The notes: generated by a model from the letters alone, not told the origin. DNA of 64,000 nucleotides from Escherichia coli (GCF_044647545.1 NZ_CP172818.1), one strand, 5' to 3'; shown: positions 47,762 to 59,311, counted from the first letter of the stretch. Program-made: numbers and translations.

Positions 47762-50700
47762 TTAGTGAACGTAGTTAAAAATAAAAGGCATCACAGTGGT
47801 GAATAATGCCGCTTTCGGCCAGGCCGGATTAATCGCCGTCAATTCAGCGCGAGCAGATTCATAGTGCGCAACCTCCCCGAGTCCCGCGGACGCCAGCATC
47901 GCCACCATCAGGCATTTTTCTTTATGCTGCTGTTGTAAATCGCCATACAGCGACAACAGGTCAGGTTGTGAAACAGCAAAGAAATCCGCCTCAATACTGG
48001 TTTTCGCCATCTCTTGCGCCCACTGTTTCATTTCACTAAACAGTTGCTGTGCGATTTGTTGTTCGCCCAGCAGTCGCAGCGCCATTCCTTGCCAGAAGAG
48101 ATAATCAACCGGCTGATCGTTGTAATAACTGTGAATGTTAATGGTGCGATCGCCAGTCGCCGCCAGACGTAAACAACGCATCGCTTCAGTTTCATCACCC
48201 TGCGCGTTGGCGCATATCGCCTGCCAGAACCAGATGTCGTTATCAGTTTGCCCCGGTAAACGGCCTTCGCTTAAATTCTCCGGATAATGCAGCGCGGCAT
48301 GAAGCAGTTCGCTGGCCTGCTGCGGCTCTCTGGCATCAAGATGCTGCCAGGCGCGTAATAACTGGTTGAGGATAAATTGACTGGTGATCTTCCCTTCCCC
48401 GCCTTCCCACGGGTGGAATTTGCGCGTGGCGAGAATGTCCGCCGCTTTGTCTGCCTGCCCCGTGAGATGCCACAAATTGAGCAGTTCTGCGGTCATGTCG
48501 TCGCGTTTCAGCGCAATTTCCAGATTATTTTCCAGACGCGCCAGTCGTTTCTCCGGTGTGGCTCCGCTTAACTTATCCAGCAAATCCCGTTCGAAAAGCA
48601 GACGTGCATCCTGCGGCGCAAGCTGATAAGCATTATCAAGATAACGCGCGGCCAGCTCATAATCGTGTTGCTTATTCCACGCATGGATCGCTAACCCGCG
48701 CCAGCCGTCGGCAAACTCCGGCGACATCTCTACGCAACGTTGCCATAAAGTAATGGCTTTGTTGTAGCTGCGCTTGTTGTAGTAGAAGCAGGCCAGTAAA
48801 TGACGGGCAAACCAGCACTCTTCAATACTCTCCAGCGCCGCCACTTCTTCCAGCGTATTCGGGAAACGGACAAACTGCGGGAAGACATCAATGGCTTTTG
48901 CGACCAGTTCGCCGCGTTCGGCTTTCGGCAATAAACTCGCCTGCAGATAAAGCGGCAGCGTGCGCTGGCAGTCCAGTGCGTTCAGCATCTCTGCCGCCAG
49001 GGTGGGCATTCCCCAGTTAATCAGTTGCCCGGCGGTCATCAGGGCGTTAACGTCGCGTCCCTGACACAGACCGCGCCACTGCGCGAGGGCTGATTCGCTA
49101 CGACCATCGAACCAGTTCAGCCACCACAGAGTGGCGTTCAGCGGATAATCGCGCAGCAGTTTCTCGCGCTGCAAACGCGCGTTGTCCTGACGACCACTTA
49201 ACACCAGCAGCAGATTATGCAGGCAAAGCACTTCCTGATTGGTTGGGCAGGCGCGAAGACTTTGTTGGCAAAAATCCAGACCAGCATCGAAGTGACCATT
49301 ACGCGCCGCCAGTCGTGCCAGACCATAATAGCCGCCTGCTTTACTATTGCCGCTCCAGACCGCCCGCCAGAAATCCTCTTCGGCTTGTTGATATTGTCCC
49401 TGACGTTCGTAAGCACTGGCGCGAATCAAACTGGCCTGTCCGCACTGCGGATTTTTGTTCAGCGCATGTGCGCGTTTCAGCGCCTGAGTGGCATACGCCA
49501 CCGTTTGCGGGAAGTCGGCGCGGTTATATTCCAGCATCGCCAACGCCAGGTTACAGCGATAATCCAGCAAGTCCAGCGCCACGCCGCGCAGGTAGTAATC
49601 GAAGGGGGAACGGCTGGCATGATGATATTGCTCCAGATGCTGACCGATAAACCAGGCTTCATCTGTACTGGTAATGTCTTGTGCTGACAGTGGCGCTTTG
49701 GCGACGTCCGGCAACGGCAACTCTTGCGGCTGATGTTCCTGATAACTCAGTATGATATTGCCGTCGGCATCGGAGAGCTCAATGGTTAGTCTGTCAGGAT
49801 TGATACCGTGCAACACGCCCTGGATGGCGGTCGCTGGCATCAGTGCCACGGCATCATCAAGTAACGCGTTGCATTTGCCGATTTCGCGGATCGCCAGGCG
49901 GTATCCGTTCAACGGAGAGATGGCATACAGCCCCCACTCAATCCCCCGCTCACTACGCTGGAGTTTTATCACCGCATCGCGGGAGGCATTTTGCACCATG
50001 CCCAGAGAATGGTAAGGCAGGAAATACTGCTCGAAACGCTTCTCTTCGTACGCATCAAGCCAGGTAAAATCAGGCTGGTTATCGGCAAAAATACCGGTCA
50101 TCAGTTCGATATACGGGCCGTTATTGTCGGTCAGACTCTTATCCCACGCCTGGCCAAATTCGCTGTGTCCCCAACTCCACTGTTTTTTACCTGGCGCAAT
50201 ATGGTGGTTGGCAACGTGCAGCAAACCGCCATCTTCATCGTGACACCACGCGCCAACAAAATCGTACTGTGATTTTTCAGCCATATATGAGGTTGGAACA
50301 GGCACATTTTTATAGCGAGAAATGTCCACTCCAGCGGAGTAGTCCACTTTGTAGTAAGTGCCGGTGGCGATGGGGAAAGCAGAGACGGCCCGTTTGCCGT
50401 GATCAAACACCGCCGTTACATCCGGCGGGAAGACGCTCTGATGCCCTTCCCCCCCTTTCACTGCCGGGTTGGCCCACCACAAGAAATGACGCGGCGTGGC
50501 GTTGCCGTTATAGACGCGGCTGGCGATTTCCAGCGCCGCCCGGTCAGGGCGCAGGGTGAAACCTGTCATCACCTGTAAACCATGCATCGGCTCCGTTTCG
50601 CCTACCCACACTGTCTGTGCGCCGTCTTCATGGGCTTCGAGGGTGAAATCAACGGGCATAAAGGTGGTCGGGCGATGGTGTTGCGGCCAGTTAAACTCAA

Positions 50701-51043
50701 TCCCGCCGGAGATCCACGGTCCCAGCAGCCCCACCAGCGCAGGTTTAATGACTTCATTGTGATAGACAAAATCGCGCTGTTTCACTTTATCCCATGCGCG
50801 ATGCACCCGACCGCCCAGTTCCGGCAGGATCATCACTTTGATGTAGTCATTTTCCAGCCACACCGCCTGCCAGGATTTCAGGGTTTTCTGCTCGCTCAGC
50901 GTATCGGTCACGCCGTAGGGATAAACCGCGCCGGACGATCCCTGATAAACGCGATTTTCCAGGAACATGGGATGTATATCCTGCGGCCCGGTTTCATAGG
51001 TCGGGATCTCAACGCGCTCTTGCCACACTTTTACTGGAGTCAT
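47762..51043 (-). CDS. yphG: Large uncharacterised protein with C-terminal TPR-like repeats
   Basis: Track ORF 47762..51136 (1124 aa); probable start at MTPVKVWQERVEIPTYETGP... (1093 aa). Function not assignable from sequence. Confidence 0.8.
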   Translation of the reverse strand: MTPVKVWQERVEIPTYETGPQDIHPMFLENRVYQGSSGAVYPYGVTDTLSEQKTLKSWQAVWLENDYIKVMILPELGGRVHRAWDKVKQRDFVYHNEVIKPALVGLLGPWISGGIEFNWPQHHRPTTFMPVDFTLEAHEDGAQTVWVGETEPMHGLQVMTGFTLRPDRAALEIASRVYNGNATPRHFLWWANPAVKGGEGHQSVFPPDVTAVFDHGKRAVSAFPIATGTYYKVDYSAGVDISRYKNVPVPTSYMAEKSQYDFVGAWCHDEDGGLLHVANHHIAPGKKQWSWGHSEFGQAWDKSLTDNNGPYIELMTGIFADNQPDFTWLDAYEEKRFEQYFLPYHSLGMVQNASRDAVIKLQRSERGIEWGLYAISPLNGYRLAIREIGKCNALLDDAVALMPATAIQGVLHGINPDRLTIELSDADGNIILSYQEHQPQELPLPDVAKAPLSAQDITSTDEAWFIGQHLEQYHHASRSPFDYYLRGVALDLLDYRCNLALAMLEYNRADFPQTVAYATQALKRAHALNKNPQCGQASLIRASAYERQGQYQQAEEDFWRAVWSGNSKAGGYYGLARLAARNGHFDAGLDFCQQSLRACPTNQEVLCLHNLLLVLSGRQDNARLQREKLLRDYPLNATLWWLNWFDGRSESALAQWRGLCQGRDVNALMTAGQLINWGMPTLAAEMLNALDCQRTLPLYLQASLLPKAERGELVAKAIDVFPQFVRFPNTLEEVAALESIEECWFARHLLACFYYNKRSYNKAITLWQRCVEMSPEFADGWRGLAIHAWNKQHDYELAARYLDNAYQLAPQDARLLFERDLLDKLSGATPEKRLARLENNLEIALKRDDMTAELLNLWHLTGQADKAADILATRKFHPWEGGEGKITSQFILNQLLRAWQHLDAREPQQASELLHAALHYPENLSEGRLPGQTDNDIWFWQAICANAQGDETEAMRCLRLAATGDRTINIHSYYNDQPVDYLFWQGMALRLLGEQQIAQQLFSEMKQWAQEMAKTSIEADFFAVSQPDLLSLYGDLQQQHKEKCLMVAMLASAGLGEVAHYESARAELTAINPAWPKAALFTTVMPFIFNYVH

Positions 51044-51154
51044 GGTGCCCTCAATATTAACAAGACATACTGAATTAAAAGATTTGTGGCAGTGTATTGA
51101 ACAATCTGGCAATGTTTTCGCGGAATAATCACGCAATTAACTAAACAAGGTTTA

Positions 51155-52354
51155 GTGAAGATGAGAGCCTGCATTAATAATCAACAGATTCGCCACCATA
51201 ACAAATGCGTGATTCTGGAACTGCTGTACCGGCAAAAGCGCGCCAATAAATCAACGCTGGCCCGGCTGGCGCAAATTTCGATTCCGGCAGTCAGTAATAT
51301 TTTGCAGGAACTGGAAAGCGAAAAACGGGTGGTGAATATCGACGATGAAAGCCAGACGCGCGGGCATAGTAGCGGTACATGGCTGATTGCGCCGGAAGGA
51401 GACTGGACGCTGTGCCTGAACGTGACGCCCACCAGCATTGAGTGTCAGGTCGCTAATGCCTGTTTAAGTCCGAAAGGCGAATTTGAACGCTTTCAGATTG
51501 ACGCTCCAACGCCGCAGGCGCTGCTGTCCGAAATCGAAAAATGCTGGCATCGCCACCGTAAATTGTGGCCGGACCGCACCATCAATCTGGCTCTGGCAAT
51601 CCACGGTCAGGTTGATCCGGTGACTGGCGTGTCGCAAACCATGCCGCAAGCGCCGTGGACAACGCCGGTTGAGGTAAAGTATCTGCTGGAAGAGAAGCTC
51701 GGCATTCGGGTGATGGTCGATAATGACTGCGTGATGCTGGCGCTGGCGGAGAAATGGCAAAATAATTCGCAGGAACGGGATTTCTGCGTGATCAACGTTG
51801 ATTACGGCATTGGCTCGTCGTTCGTGATTAACGAGCAAATTTATCGCGGCAGTTTGTATGGTAGCGGGCAAATTGGTCACACCATCGTTAATCCGGATGG
51901 CGTCGTCTGCGACTGCGGGCGTTACGGCTGCCTGGAAACCGTCGCCTCGTTAAGCGCATTAAAAAAACAGGCCCGGGTATGGCTAAAATCACAACCGGTT
52001 AATACTCAGCTTGATCCTGAAAAACTAACTACCGCGCAGTTAATCGCTGCCTGGCAGAGTGGAGAACCGTGGATCACCAGTTGGGTTGATCGCTCTGCCA
52101 ACGCCATTGGTTTGAGTCTGTATAACTTCCTCAACATCCTCAATATTAATCAGATTTGGTTGTACGGTCGCAGTTGTGCCTTTGGTGAGAACTGGCTTAA
52201 TACCATTATTCGCCAGACGGGATTTAACCCGTTCGACCGCGACGAAGGACCGAGCGTGAAAGCGACGCAAATTGGCTTTGGGCAATTAAGCCGCGCACAG
52301 CAGGTGCTGGGAATTGGCTATTTGTATGTTGAGGCGCAGTTACGGCAGATTTGA
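51155..52354 (+). CDS. yphH: ROK-family (NagC/XylR-like) transcriptional regulator
   Basis: 399 aa in track; N-terminal wHTH (STLARLAQISIPAVSNILQELE) and ROK sugar-kinase-like domain with CDCGRYGCLE zinc motif. Divergent from the yphG-B gene run; exact start uncertain. Confidence 0.85.
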   Translation: MKMRACINNQQIRHHNKCVILELLYRQKRANKSTLARLAQISIPAVSNILQELESEKRVVNIDDESQTRGHSSGTWLIAPEGDWTLCLNVTPTSIECQVANACLSPKGEFERFQIDAPTPQALLSEIEKCWHRHRKLWPDRTINLALAIHGQVDPVTGVSQTMPQAPWTTPVEVKYLLEEKLGIRVMVDNDCVMLALAEKWQNNSQERDFCVINVDYGIGSSFVINEQIYRGSLYGSGQIGHTIVNPDGVVCDCGRYGCLETVASLSALKKQARVWLKSQPVNTQLDPEKLTTAQLIAAWQSGEPWITSWVDRSANAIGLSLYNFLNILNINQIWLYGRSCAFGENWLNTIIRQTGFNPFDRDEGPSVKATQIGFGQLSRAQQVLGIGYLYVEAQLRQI

Positions 52355-52410
52355 TGGCGCAATAACGTAGAAAGGCTTCCCGAAGGAAGCCTACAGATTA
52401 ACCGTTTCGC

Positions 52411-53664
52411 TTATGCGTAAACCGGATAACGTGCGCAGATGTCGAGAACTTTACCTTTGATGCGCTCGATAACAGCTTCATCATTGATGCTGTCCAGCAC
52501 GTCACACATCCAGCCAGCCAGTTCTTTCGCTTCGGCTTCTTTAAAGCCACGACGGGTAATCGCCGGAGTACCTACACGAATACCGGAGGTCACAAACGGG
52601 CTCTTCGGATCGTTCGGTACGCTGTTTTTGTTGACGGTGATGTTAGCACGGCCCAGAGCGGCGTCAGCTTCTTTACCGGTCAGGTTTTTATCAACCAGAT
52701 CAACCAGGAACAGGTGGTTATCAGTGCCGCCGGAAACCACTTTGTAGCCGCGTTCCAGGAACACTTCTACCATCGCTTTAGCGTTTTTAGCGACCTGCTG
52801 CTGGTAAGTTTTGAACTCAGGCTCCATCGCTTCTTTCAGAGCAACCGCTTTACCAGCGATTACGTGCATCAACGGGCCGCCCTGACCACCAGGGAAAACG
52901 GCAGAGTTCAGTTTTTTGTACAGCTCTTCGCTACCACCTTTCGCCAGGATCAGGCCGCCGCGCGGACCCGCCAGGGTTTTGTGAGTGGTGGTAGTAACAA
53001 CGTGAGCATGAGGAACCGGGTTCGGGTAGACGCCAGCAGCAACCAGGCCCGCAACGTGCGCCATATCAACGAACAGGTAAGCACCGATGCTGTCAGCGAT
53101 TTCACGCATTTTCGCCCAGTCCACCACGCCGGAATATGCAGAGAAGCCACCGATAATCATTTTCGGTTTGTGTTCTTTGGCTTGTTTTTCCAGATCGGCG
53201 TAGTCGATATGACCGGTAGCATCGATACCGTAAGGAACGATGTTGTACAGTTTACCGGAGAAGTTAACCGGAGAACCGTGAGTCAGGTGACCGCCATGCG
53301 CCAGGTTCATACCCAGAACGGTATCGCCTGGTTCCAGCAACGCAGTGTACACCGCAAAGTTAGCCTGGGAGCCGGAGTGCGGCTGGACGTTAGCGTAGTC
53401 AGCGCCGAACAGTTCTTTCGCACGATCGATCGCCAGTTGTTCAACGATATCAACATACTCGCAACCGCCGTAGTAGCGTTTGCCCGGATAACCTTCAGCA
53501 TATTTGTTGGTCAGCTGAGAACCCTGCGCCTGCATTACGCGAGGGCTGGTGTAGTTTTCGGAGGCGATCAGTTCGATGTGCTCTTCCTGACGTACTTTTT
53601 CCTGCTCCATAGCCTGCCACAGTTCGGCATCATAATCGGCAATGTTCATTTCACGCTTTAACAT
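52411..53664 (-). CDS. glyA: Serine hydroxymethyltransferase
   Basis: Track ORF 52411..53670 contains [38 protein letters not shown]... after a 2-codon extension; 417 aa. Confidence 0.95.
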
Positions 53665-53942
53665 CCGCATCTCCTGACTCAGCTAACAATAAAATTTTTG
53701 GCCTTTATAGGCGGTCCTGTTGGACAACGGCGAACAGTATAACCGAATCATTGTGCGATAACAGGTCTTGACAAAGGAATTTACGCAAACGATTACCTTC
53801 AGGCTGCGCAAGGCTTTGGAGAATAAAGAGCTTGCAACCGGAAACGGATTTCTTTTCAGGTTTGTGATGCAAATTTTTCACTTCATCACATTCTTTCTGA
53901 AAAACACCAAAGAACCATTTACATTGCAGGGCTATTTTTTAT

Positions 53943-53965
53943 AAGATGCATTTGAGATACATCAA
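53943..53965. promoter_or_regulatory. NsrR-type operator in the hmp promoter
   Basis: AAGATGCATTTGAGATACATCAA, an imperfect inverted repeat matching the NsrR consensus as I recall it, 27 nt upstream of the hmp ATG. Confidence 0.55.
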
Positions 53966-53991
53966 TTAAGATGCAAAAAAAGGAAGACCAT

Positions 53992-55182
53992 ATGCTTGAC
54001 GCTCAAACCATCGCTACAGTAAAAGCCACCATCCCTTTACTGGTGGAAACGGGGCCAAAGTTAACCGCCCATTTCTACGACCGTATGTTTACTCATAACC
54101 CAGAACTCAAAGAAATTTTTAACATGAGTAACCAGCGCAATGGCGATCAACGTGAAGCCCTGTTTAACGCTATTGCCGCCTACGCCAGTAATATTGAAAA
54201 CCTGCCTGCGCTGCTGCCAGCGGTAGAAAAAATCGCGCAGAAGCACACCAGTTTCCAGATCAAACCGGAACAGTACAACATTGTCGGTGAACACCTGTTG
54301 GCGACGCTGGACGAAATGTTCAGCCCGGGCCAGGAAGTGCTGGACGCGTGGGGTAAAGCCTATGGCGTACTGGCTAATGTATTTATCAATCGCGAGGCGG
54401 AAATCTATAACGAAAACGCCAGCAAAGCCGGTGGCTGGGAAGGTACTCGCGATTTCCGCATTGTGGCTAAAACACCGCGCAGCGCGCTTATCACCAGCTT
54501 CGAACTGGAGCCGGTCGACGGTGGCGCAGTGGCAGAATACCGTCCGGGGCAATATCTCGGCGTCTGGCTGAAGCCGGAAGGTTTCCCGCATCAGGAAATT
54601 CGTCAGTACTCTTTGACTCGCAAACCGGATGGCAAAGGCTATCGTATTGCGGTGAAACGCGAAGAGGGTGGGCAGGTATCCAACTGGCTGCACAATCACG
54701 CCAATGTTGGCGATGTCGTGAAACTGGTCGCTCCGGCAGGTGATTTCTTTATGGCTGTCGCAGATGACACACCAGTGACGTTAATCTCTGCCGGTGTCGG
54801 TCAAACGCCAATGCTGGCAATGCTCGACACGCTGGCAAAAGCTGGCCACACAGCACAAGTGAACTGGTTCCATGCGGCAGAAAATGGCGATGTTCACGCC
54901 TTTGCCGATGAAGTTAAGGAACTGGGGCAAGCACTGCCGCGCTTTACCGCGCACACCTGGTATCGTCAGCCAAGCGAAGCCGATCGCGCTAAAGGTCAGT
55001 TTGATAGCGAAGGTCTGATGGATTTGAGCAAACTGGAAGGTGCGTTCAGCGATCCGACAATGCAGTTCTATCTCTGCGGCCCGGTTGGCTTCATGCAGTT
55101 TGCCGCGAAACAGTTAGTGGATCTGGGCGTGAAACAGGAAAACATTCATTACGAATGCTTTGGTCCGCATAAGGTGCTGTGA
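53992..55182 (+). CDS. hmp: Flavohemoprotein (nitric oxide dioxygenase)
   Basis: Track ORF 53971..55182 contains [33 protein letters not shown]... after a 7-codon extension; 396 aa; globin, FAD and NAD domains. Confidence 0.93.
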   Translation: MLDAQTIATVKATIPLLVETGPKLTAHFYDRMFTHNPELKEIFNMSNQRNGDQREALFNAIAAYASNIENLPALLPAVEKIAQKHTSFQIKPEQYNIVGEHLLATLDEMFSPGQEVLDAWGKAYGVLANVFINREAEIYNENASKAGGWEGTRDFRIVAKTPRSALITSFELEPVDGGAVAEYRPGQYLGVWLKPEGFPHQEIRQYSLTRKPDGKGYRIAVKREEGGQVSNWLHNHANVGDVVKLVAPAGDFFMAVADDTPVTLISAGVGQTPMLAMLDTLAKAGHTAQVNWFHAAENGDVHAFADEVKELGQALPRFTAHTWYRQPSEADRAKGQFDSEGLMDLSKLEGAFSDPTMQFYLCGPVGFMQFAAKQLVDLGVKQENIHYECFGPHKVL

Positions 55183-55188
55183 TTTGAT

Positions 55189-55214
55189 GTTGCCGGATGG
55201 AAACATCCGGCAAC
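55189..55214. terminator. Hairpin between convergent hmp and glnB (probable bidirectional terminator)
   Basis: GTTGCCGGATGG-AAAC-ATCCGGCAAC perfect stem-loop immediately after the hmp stop. Confidence 0.55.
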
Positions 55215-55226
55215 CCTTGACGCGGT

Positions 55227-55601
<375 letters not shown>

Positions 55602-55625
55602 CTAAACGTAACACATAACGCCAAT

Positions 55626-56960
55626 TCATTCCTTGAAATCGTTTGCATCCAGCTCGTGTCGGGAAAGCAGTTTATAAAATTCTGTCCGGTTGCGCCCCGC
55701 CATTCTCGCCGCGTGGGTGACGTTGCCTTTGGTAATTTGCAGCAGCTTACGCAAATAGTTGAGTTCAAACTGATTACGTGCCTCAACAAAGGTTGGCAGC
55801 GCCGTATTTTCACCCTCCAGCGCCTGCTCTACTAATGCATCACTAATCACCGGAGATGAGGTCAGCGCCACGCACTGTTCAATCACGTTGACCAACTGGC
55901 GTACATTACCCGGCCAGCTAGCGGTCATCAGGCGTTTCATTGCATCGGTGGAGAACGCGCGGACAAACGGTTTATGTCGCTCTGCCGCCTGGCGCAACAG
56001 GTGATTTGCCAGTAGCGGAATGTCTTCTGTGCGCTCTGCCAGAGCCGGAATTTTCAGGCTGACAACGTTGAGGCGGTAATAGAGATCTTCACGGAATTCC
56101 CCGCGCGCCATCGCTTTTGGCAGGTCGCGGTGAGTGGCGGAAATAATCCGCACGTCGATATCAATATCGCGGTTACTGCCCAGCGGGCGCACTTTACGCT
56201 CCTGCAACACGCGCAGCAGTTTGACCTGCAACGGTGCAGGCATATCGCCAATCTCATCGAGAAATAGCGTACCGCCTTCCGCCGCCTGGAATAAACCTTC
56301 GCGATTGCTGACAGCGCCAGTAAACGCACCACGCGCATGACCAAACAGCTCCGACTCCAGCAATTGCTCGGGCAATGCGCCACAGTTAATAGCAATAAAT
56401 GGTTTGCTGTTGCGCGGGCTGGCGTTGTGGATAGCCTGGGCGAAAATCTCTTTCCCGGTGCCGCTCTGGCCGTTAATCAAAACGCTAACGTCTGATTGCG
56501 CCACCAGCCGCGCCTGTTCCAGCAAACGCAGCATCAGCGGGCTGCGGGTGACAATCGCCTCGCGCCAGCGTTCGTCGGTGGCTGGCGCGGATTGTTCCAG
56601 CGCATCGTCAATTGCCTGATATAGCGCGTCTTTATCGACAGGCTTGGTGAGAAAACTGAACACGCCCTGCTGTGTTGCAGCAACGGCATCGGGAATAGAA
56701 CCATGCGCGGTAAGAATAATTACTGGCATTCCCGGCTGCACTTTCTGGATTTCAGCAAACAGCTGCATACCGTCCATTTCATCCATCCGCAGGTCGCTGA
56801 TGACTAAATCTACTTTTTCGCGATTCAGTACCCGTAATCCTTCAGCGCCACTTTCCGCCGTGACCACGCTGTAGCCTTCGCTGGTCAGGCGCAGGCCAAG
56901 CAGTTTCAGCAATCCCGGATCGTCATCGACCAATAATAAATGCGCAGGTTTATGGCTCAT
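55626..56960 (-). CDS. glrR: Sigma54-dependent two-component response regulator GlrR (QseF)
   Basis: Track ORF 55626..57062 contains [25 protein letters not shown]... after a 34-codon extension; 444 aa; receiver, AAA+ (GESGTGKE-like, GAFTGA) and HTH domains. Confidence 0.9.
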   Translation of the reverse strand: MSHKPAHLLLVDDDPGLLKLLGLRLTSEGYSVVTAESGAEGLRVLNREKVDLVISDLRMDEMDGMQLFAEIQKVQPGMPVIILTAHGSIPDAVAATQQGVFSFLTKPVDKDALYQAIDDALEQSAPATDERWREAIVTRSPLMLRLLEQARLVAQSDVSVLINGQSGTGKEIFAQAIHNASPRNSKPFIAINCGALPEQLLESELFGHARGAFTGAVSNREGLFQAAEGGTLFLDEIGDMPAPLQVKLLRVLQERKVRPLGSNRDIDIDVRIISATHRDLPKAMARGEFREDLYYRLNVVSLKIPALAERTEDIPLLANHLLRQAAERHKPFVRAFSTDAMKRLMTASWPGNVRQLVNVIEQCVALTSSPVISDALVEQALEGENTALPTFVEARNQFELNYLRKLLQITKGNVTHAARMAGRNRTEFYKLLSRHELDANDFKE

Positions 56961-57663
56961 CAGGAGTGACCTCATCGGTGGATGGCGCGGGCTTTTCACT
57001 CTCGTGCGGCGTATCCGGCGAGAAATTTCCAGCCGGTTTGCGGGTCGAGAGCTGGCGTTCAATATCGGTCAGGTTTTCCAGCTTGCGGGTAGTGAGTTCC
57101 AGTTGCTGTTGTAGAACGTGATGTTGCTGGCGCAAAGTATCCAGCTCGCTGTCGCTGGACTGCTGGAGTTTACTGTAGCGTTGGCGCTCTTCCGCCAGTT
57201 GCAGTTGCAGCGCCTGACCGTCGCGCCAGAGTTGATACAGAGGGCGAACCTGTGCCGGGATCTCGGTACTTAGCGCATCAATGCGCGCGACCAGCTGGCG
57301 GCGCTCATACGGCGTAATTTTGGCGTCGGCGAGCAAAATCCCTTGTTTAAAGGTATTTTGCCAGCTGCCGTCGTCATATTGGCGGGCTTGCTGACGCGAC
57401 TGCGCAGGCATTAAACGATCAGCACAATCCATCGCCCGCAGCCAGTAAAGCGGATTGGTTTCGGTTGATTTACCTTGCAGCGCCCAGATGTCGCTACATT
57501 CAGTAGAAAGATAGTCAGCCAGTTGATAAACCGGAATTTTTTCTTCTGCTGGCGTATCAATGGCTGGCTTATTGTGACTCTGCACGCAACCCAGCAATGC
57601 CAGACATGGCAGCCCTGCCAGCCACAGCCGTCGGGGCAATAATCGTTGAAAAATGTGTCGCAT
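56950..57663 (-). CDS. qseG: Outer-membrane lipoprotein QseG (YfhG)
   Basis: Track ORF 56950..57669; start taken at MRHIFQRLLPRRLWLAGLPCLALLGCVQS (lipobox LLGC). 3' end overlaps the glrR start by 11 nt. Confidence 0.85.
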   Translation of the reverse strand: MRHIFQRLLPRRLWLAGLPCLALLGCVQSHNKPAIDTPAEEKIPVYQLADYLSTECSDIWALQGKSTETNPLYWLRAMDCADRLMPAQSRQQARQYDDGSWQNTFKQGILLADAKITPYERRQLVARIDALSTEIPAQVRPLYQLWRDGQALQLQLAEERQRYSKLQQSSDSELDTLRQQHHVLQQQLELTTRKLENLTDIERQLSTRKPAGNFSPDTPHESEKPAPSTDEVTPDEP

Positions 57664-57827
57664 ATTCACCAGACTTAAAGCCTATCCCAGTGGGCGTAAT
57701 TGTTGCAGGCAGTTTGGACATGGACAGCGCGGAGAAACCGGAGCGTACATGTCGTACGTGAAGATTTCGAGCACTGCCCGGGGCCAAACTGGCAAATAAA
57801 ATAGCCTGATGGGATAGGCTGTTAGCA

Positions 57828-59255
57828 TTATTTCGTGTTTTTCGACGACGGTAATTCAATGCGGAAACAAACATCTTGCCCGCTCTCGTCGACCAGATAC
57901 AGTTCCCCTTGCATACGGCGAATACAATCCCTGGCAATGCTTAATCCCAGACCGCTGCCCTTCACCGCCCCTTTTCGCTGGTGGCTTCCCTGAAAAAAGG
58001 GTTCGAAGATCATGGCGCGTTCCTCTTGCGGAATGGGCGTGCCTGTATTGATGACATCAATATAAACCCGCGCACCATGTAAACTGCTGCGAAGGCAAAT
58101 GTTACCGGATTCAGCCCCGTAGTGCACCGCATTGGAGTAAAGATTATCCAGTACGCTCATCAGCAGCATTGGCTCCGCCAGGCAAGCTGTTGCTTTGAGA
58201 TCAACGTCGGTATGCATCATTTTAGCCCGTGCGGGCAGGCTATGAGCAGAAACTACTGTCTCCACCAGCGGTGCTAACTCAACATTCTCCAGTTCCACCG
58301 CACTGTCCGCTTGTTTACGGTTGTAATCAAGCAGTTGTTCGATCAGTTTTTGCAAATTGCGGCTGCTGCTATCAAGGATGCTCACCACCTCTTTTTGCTC
58401 GGGCGTAAGCGGCCCGACAACCTGGTCAGCCAGTAATTCAGTGCCCTCGCGCATACTCGCCAGCGGGGTTTTTAATTCATGAGATAAATGTCTTAAAAAT
58501 TGATGGCGTTGGGATTCCAGCCATGACAGGCGCTCACTTAACCAAAGAATACGTTGCCCAACCGAGCGTAACTCGCTCGGTCCACTGAACGAGACGCTAT
58601 TGCCCAGAGAACGCCCTTCCCCCAGCCGGTTGATCATGCGCTCGATATTTTTCACCGGCCCGATAATCATCCTCGTGAAAAGTAGCACCATCACCAGACT
58701 CACCAGAAATAGCACCAGCGATTGCCAACCAAAATATTGCCCACGTTCGGCGATTTCACGCTGAAGTTGCTGCCCACGAGAGAACACCACTGTGCGCGTG
58801 GCCTGCACCATTTCGGTATTGGCACTGGCAAAGGCTTCCAGACGCGCGGCGGCAGCAGCATCGGGACCGCTGTTGTTACACTGAAGTTGAGCCAGATTAT
58901 TCAAATCCTGACGTAATGCCTGGTAGAGTTTATCGTCCGGCAGCACGCCTGCGTGGGCATCGAGCATTTCGCTATAACGCTTGCGCTGGCTTTGATAAAC
59001 CTTCGCAAGCGTAGGGTCGTCCAGCACGCAATACTGACGGTAGCTGCGCTCCATTTCCAGTGCCGCGTTGGTCATCGCTTCACTGCGCCGGGCATCAATA
59101 AGCGTAGTGCGGTTAACCAGCGCCGCCTGATCGCTAAGCGCATTCAGGCTTTGCCAGGCTTGCCATGCCAGCACCAACAGGGGTAGCAGAATCAGCAAAA
59201 ATGCCAGCATTACCAGTTGTCGTAATGAGCGGGGAAAAACGGGCCAGCGTTTCAA
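57828..59255 (-). CDS. glrK: Sensor histidine kinase GlrK (QseE)
   Basis: Track ORF 57828..59318 extends upstream into the glmY terminator. Probable start is a TTG at 59253-59255 reading (M)KRWPVFPRSLRQLVMLAFLLILLP..., giving 475 aa; HAMP, HisKA (SHELKTPL) and HATPase domains. Confidence 0.85.
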   Translation of the reverse strand: MKRWPVFPRSLRQLVMLAFLLILLPLLVLAWQAWQSLNALSDQAALVNRTTLIDARRSEAMTNAALEMERSYRQYCVLDDPTLAKVYQSQRKRYSEMLDAHAGVLPDDKLYQALRQDLNNLAQLQCNNSGPDAAAAARLEAFASANTEMVQATRTVVFSRGQQLQREIAERGQYFGWQSLVLFLVSLVMVLLFTRMIIGPVKNIERMINRLGEGRSLGNSVSFSGPSELRSVGQRILWLSERLSWLESQRHQFLRHLSHELKTPLASMREGTELLADQVVGPLTPEQKEVVSILDSSSRNLQKLIEQLLDYNRKQADSAVELENVELAPLVETVVSAHSLPARAKMMHTDVDLKATACLAEPMLLMSVLDNLYSNAVHYGAESGNICLRSSLHGARVYIDVINTGTPIPQEERAMIFEPFFQGSHQRKGAVKGSGLGLSIARDCIRRMQGELYLVDESGQDVCFRIELPSSKNTK

Positions 59256-59311
59256 GGTGTTACTCTCGTCAGACGCGAATAGCCTGATGCTAACCGAGGG
59301 GAAGTTCAGAT

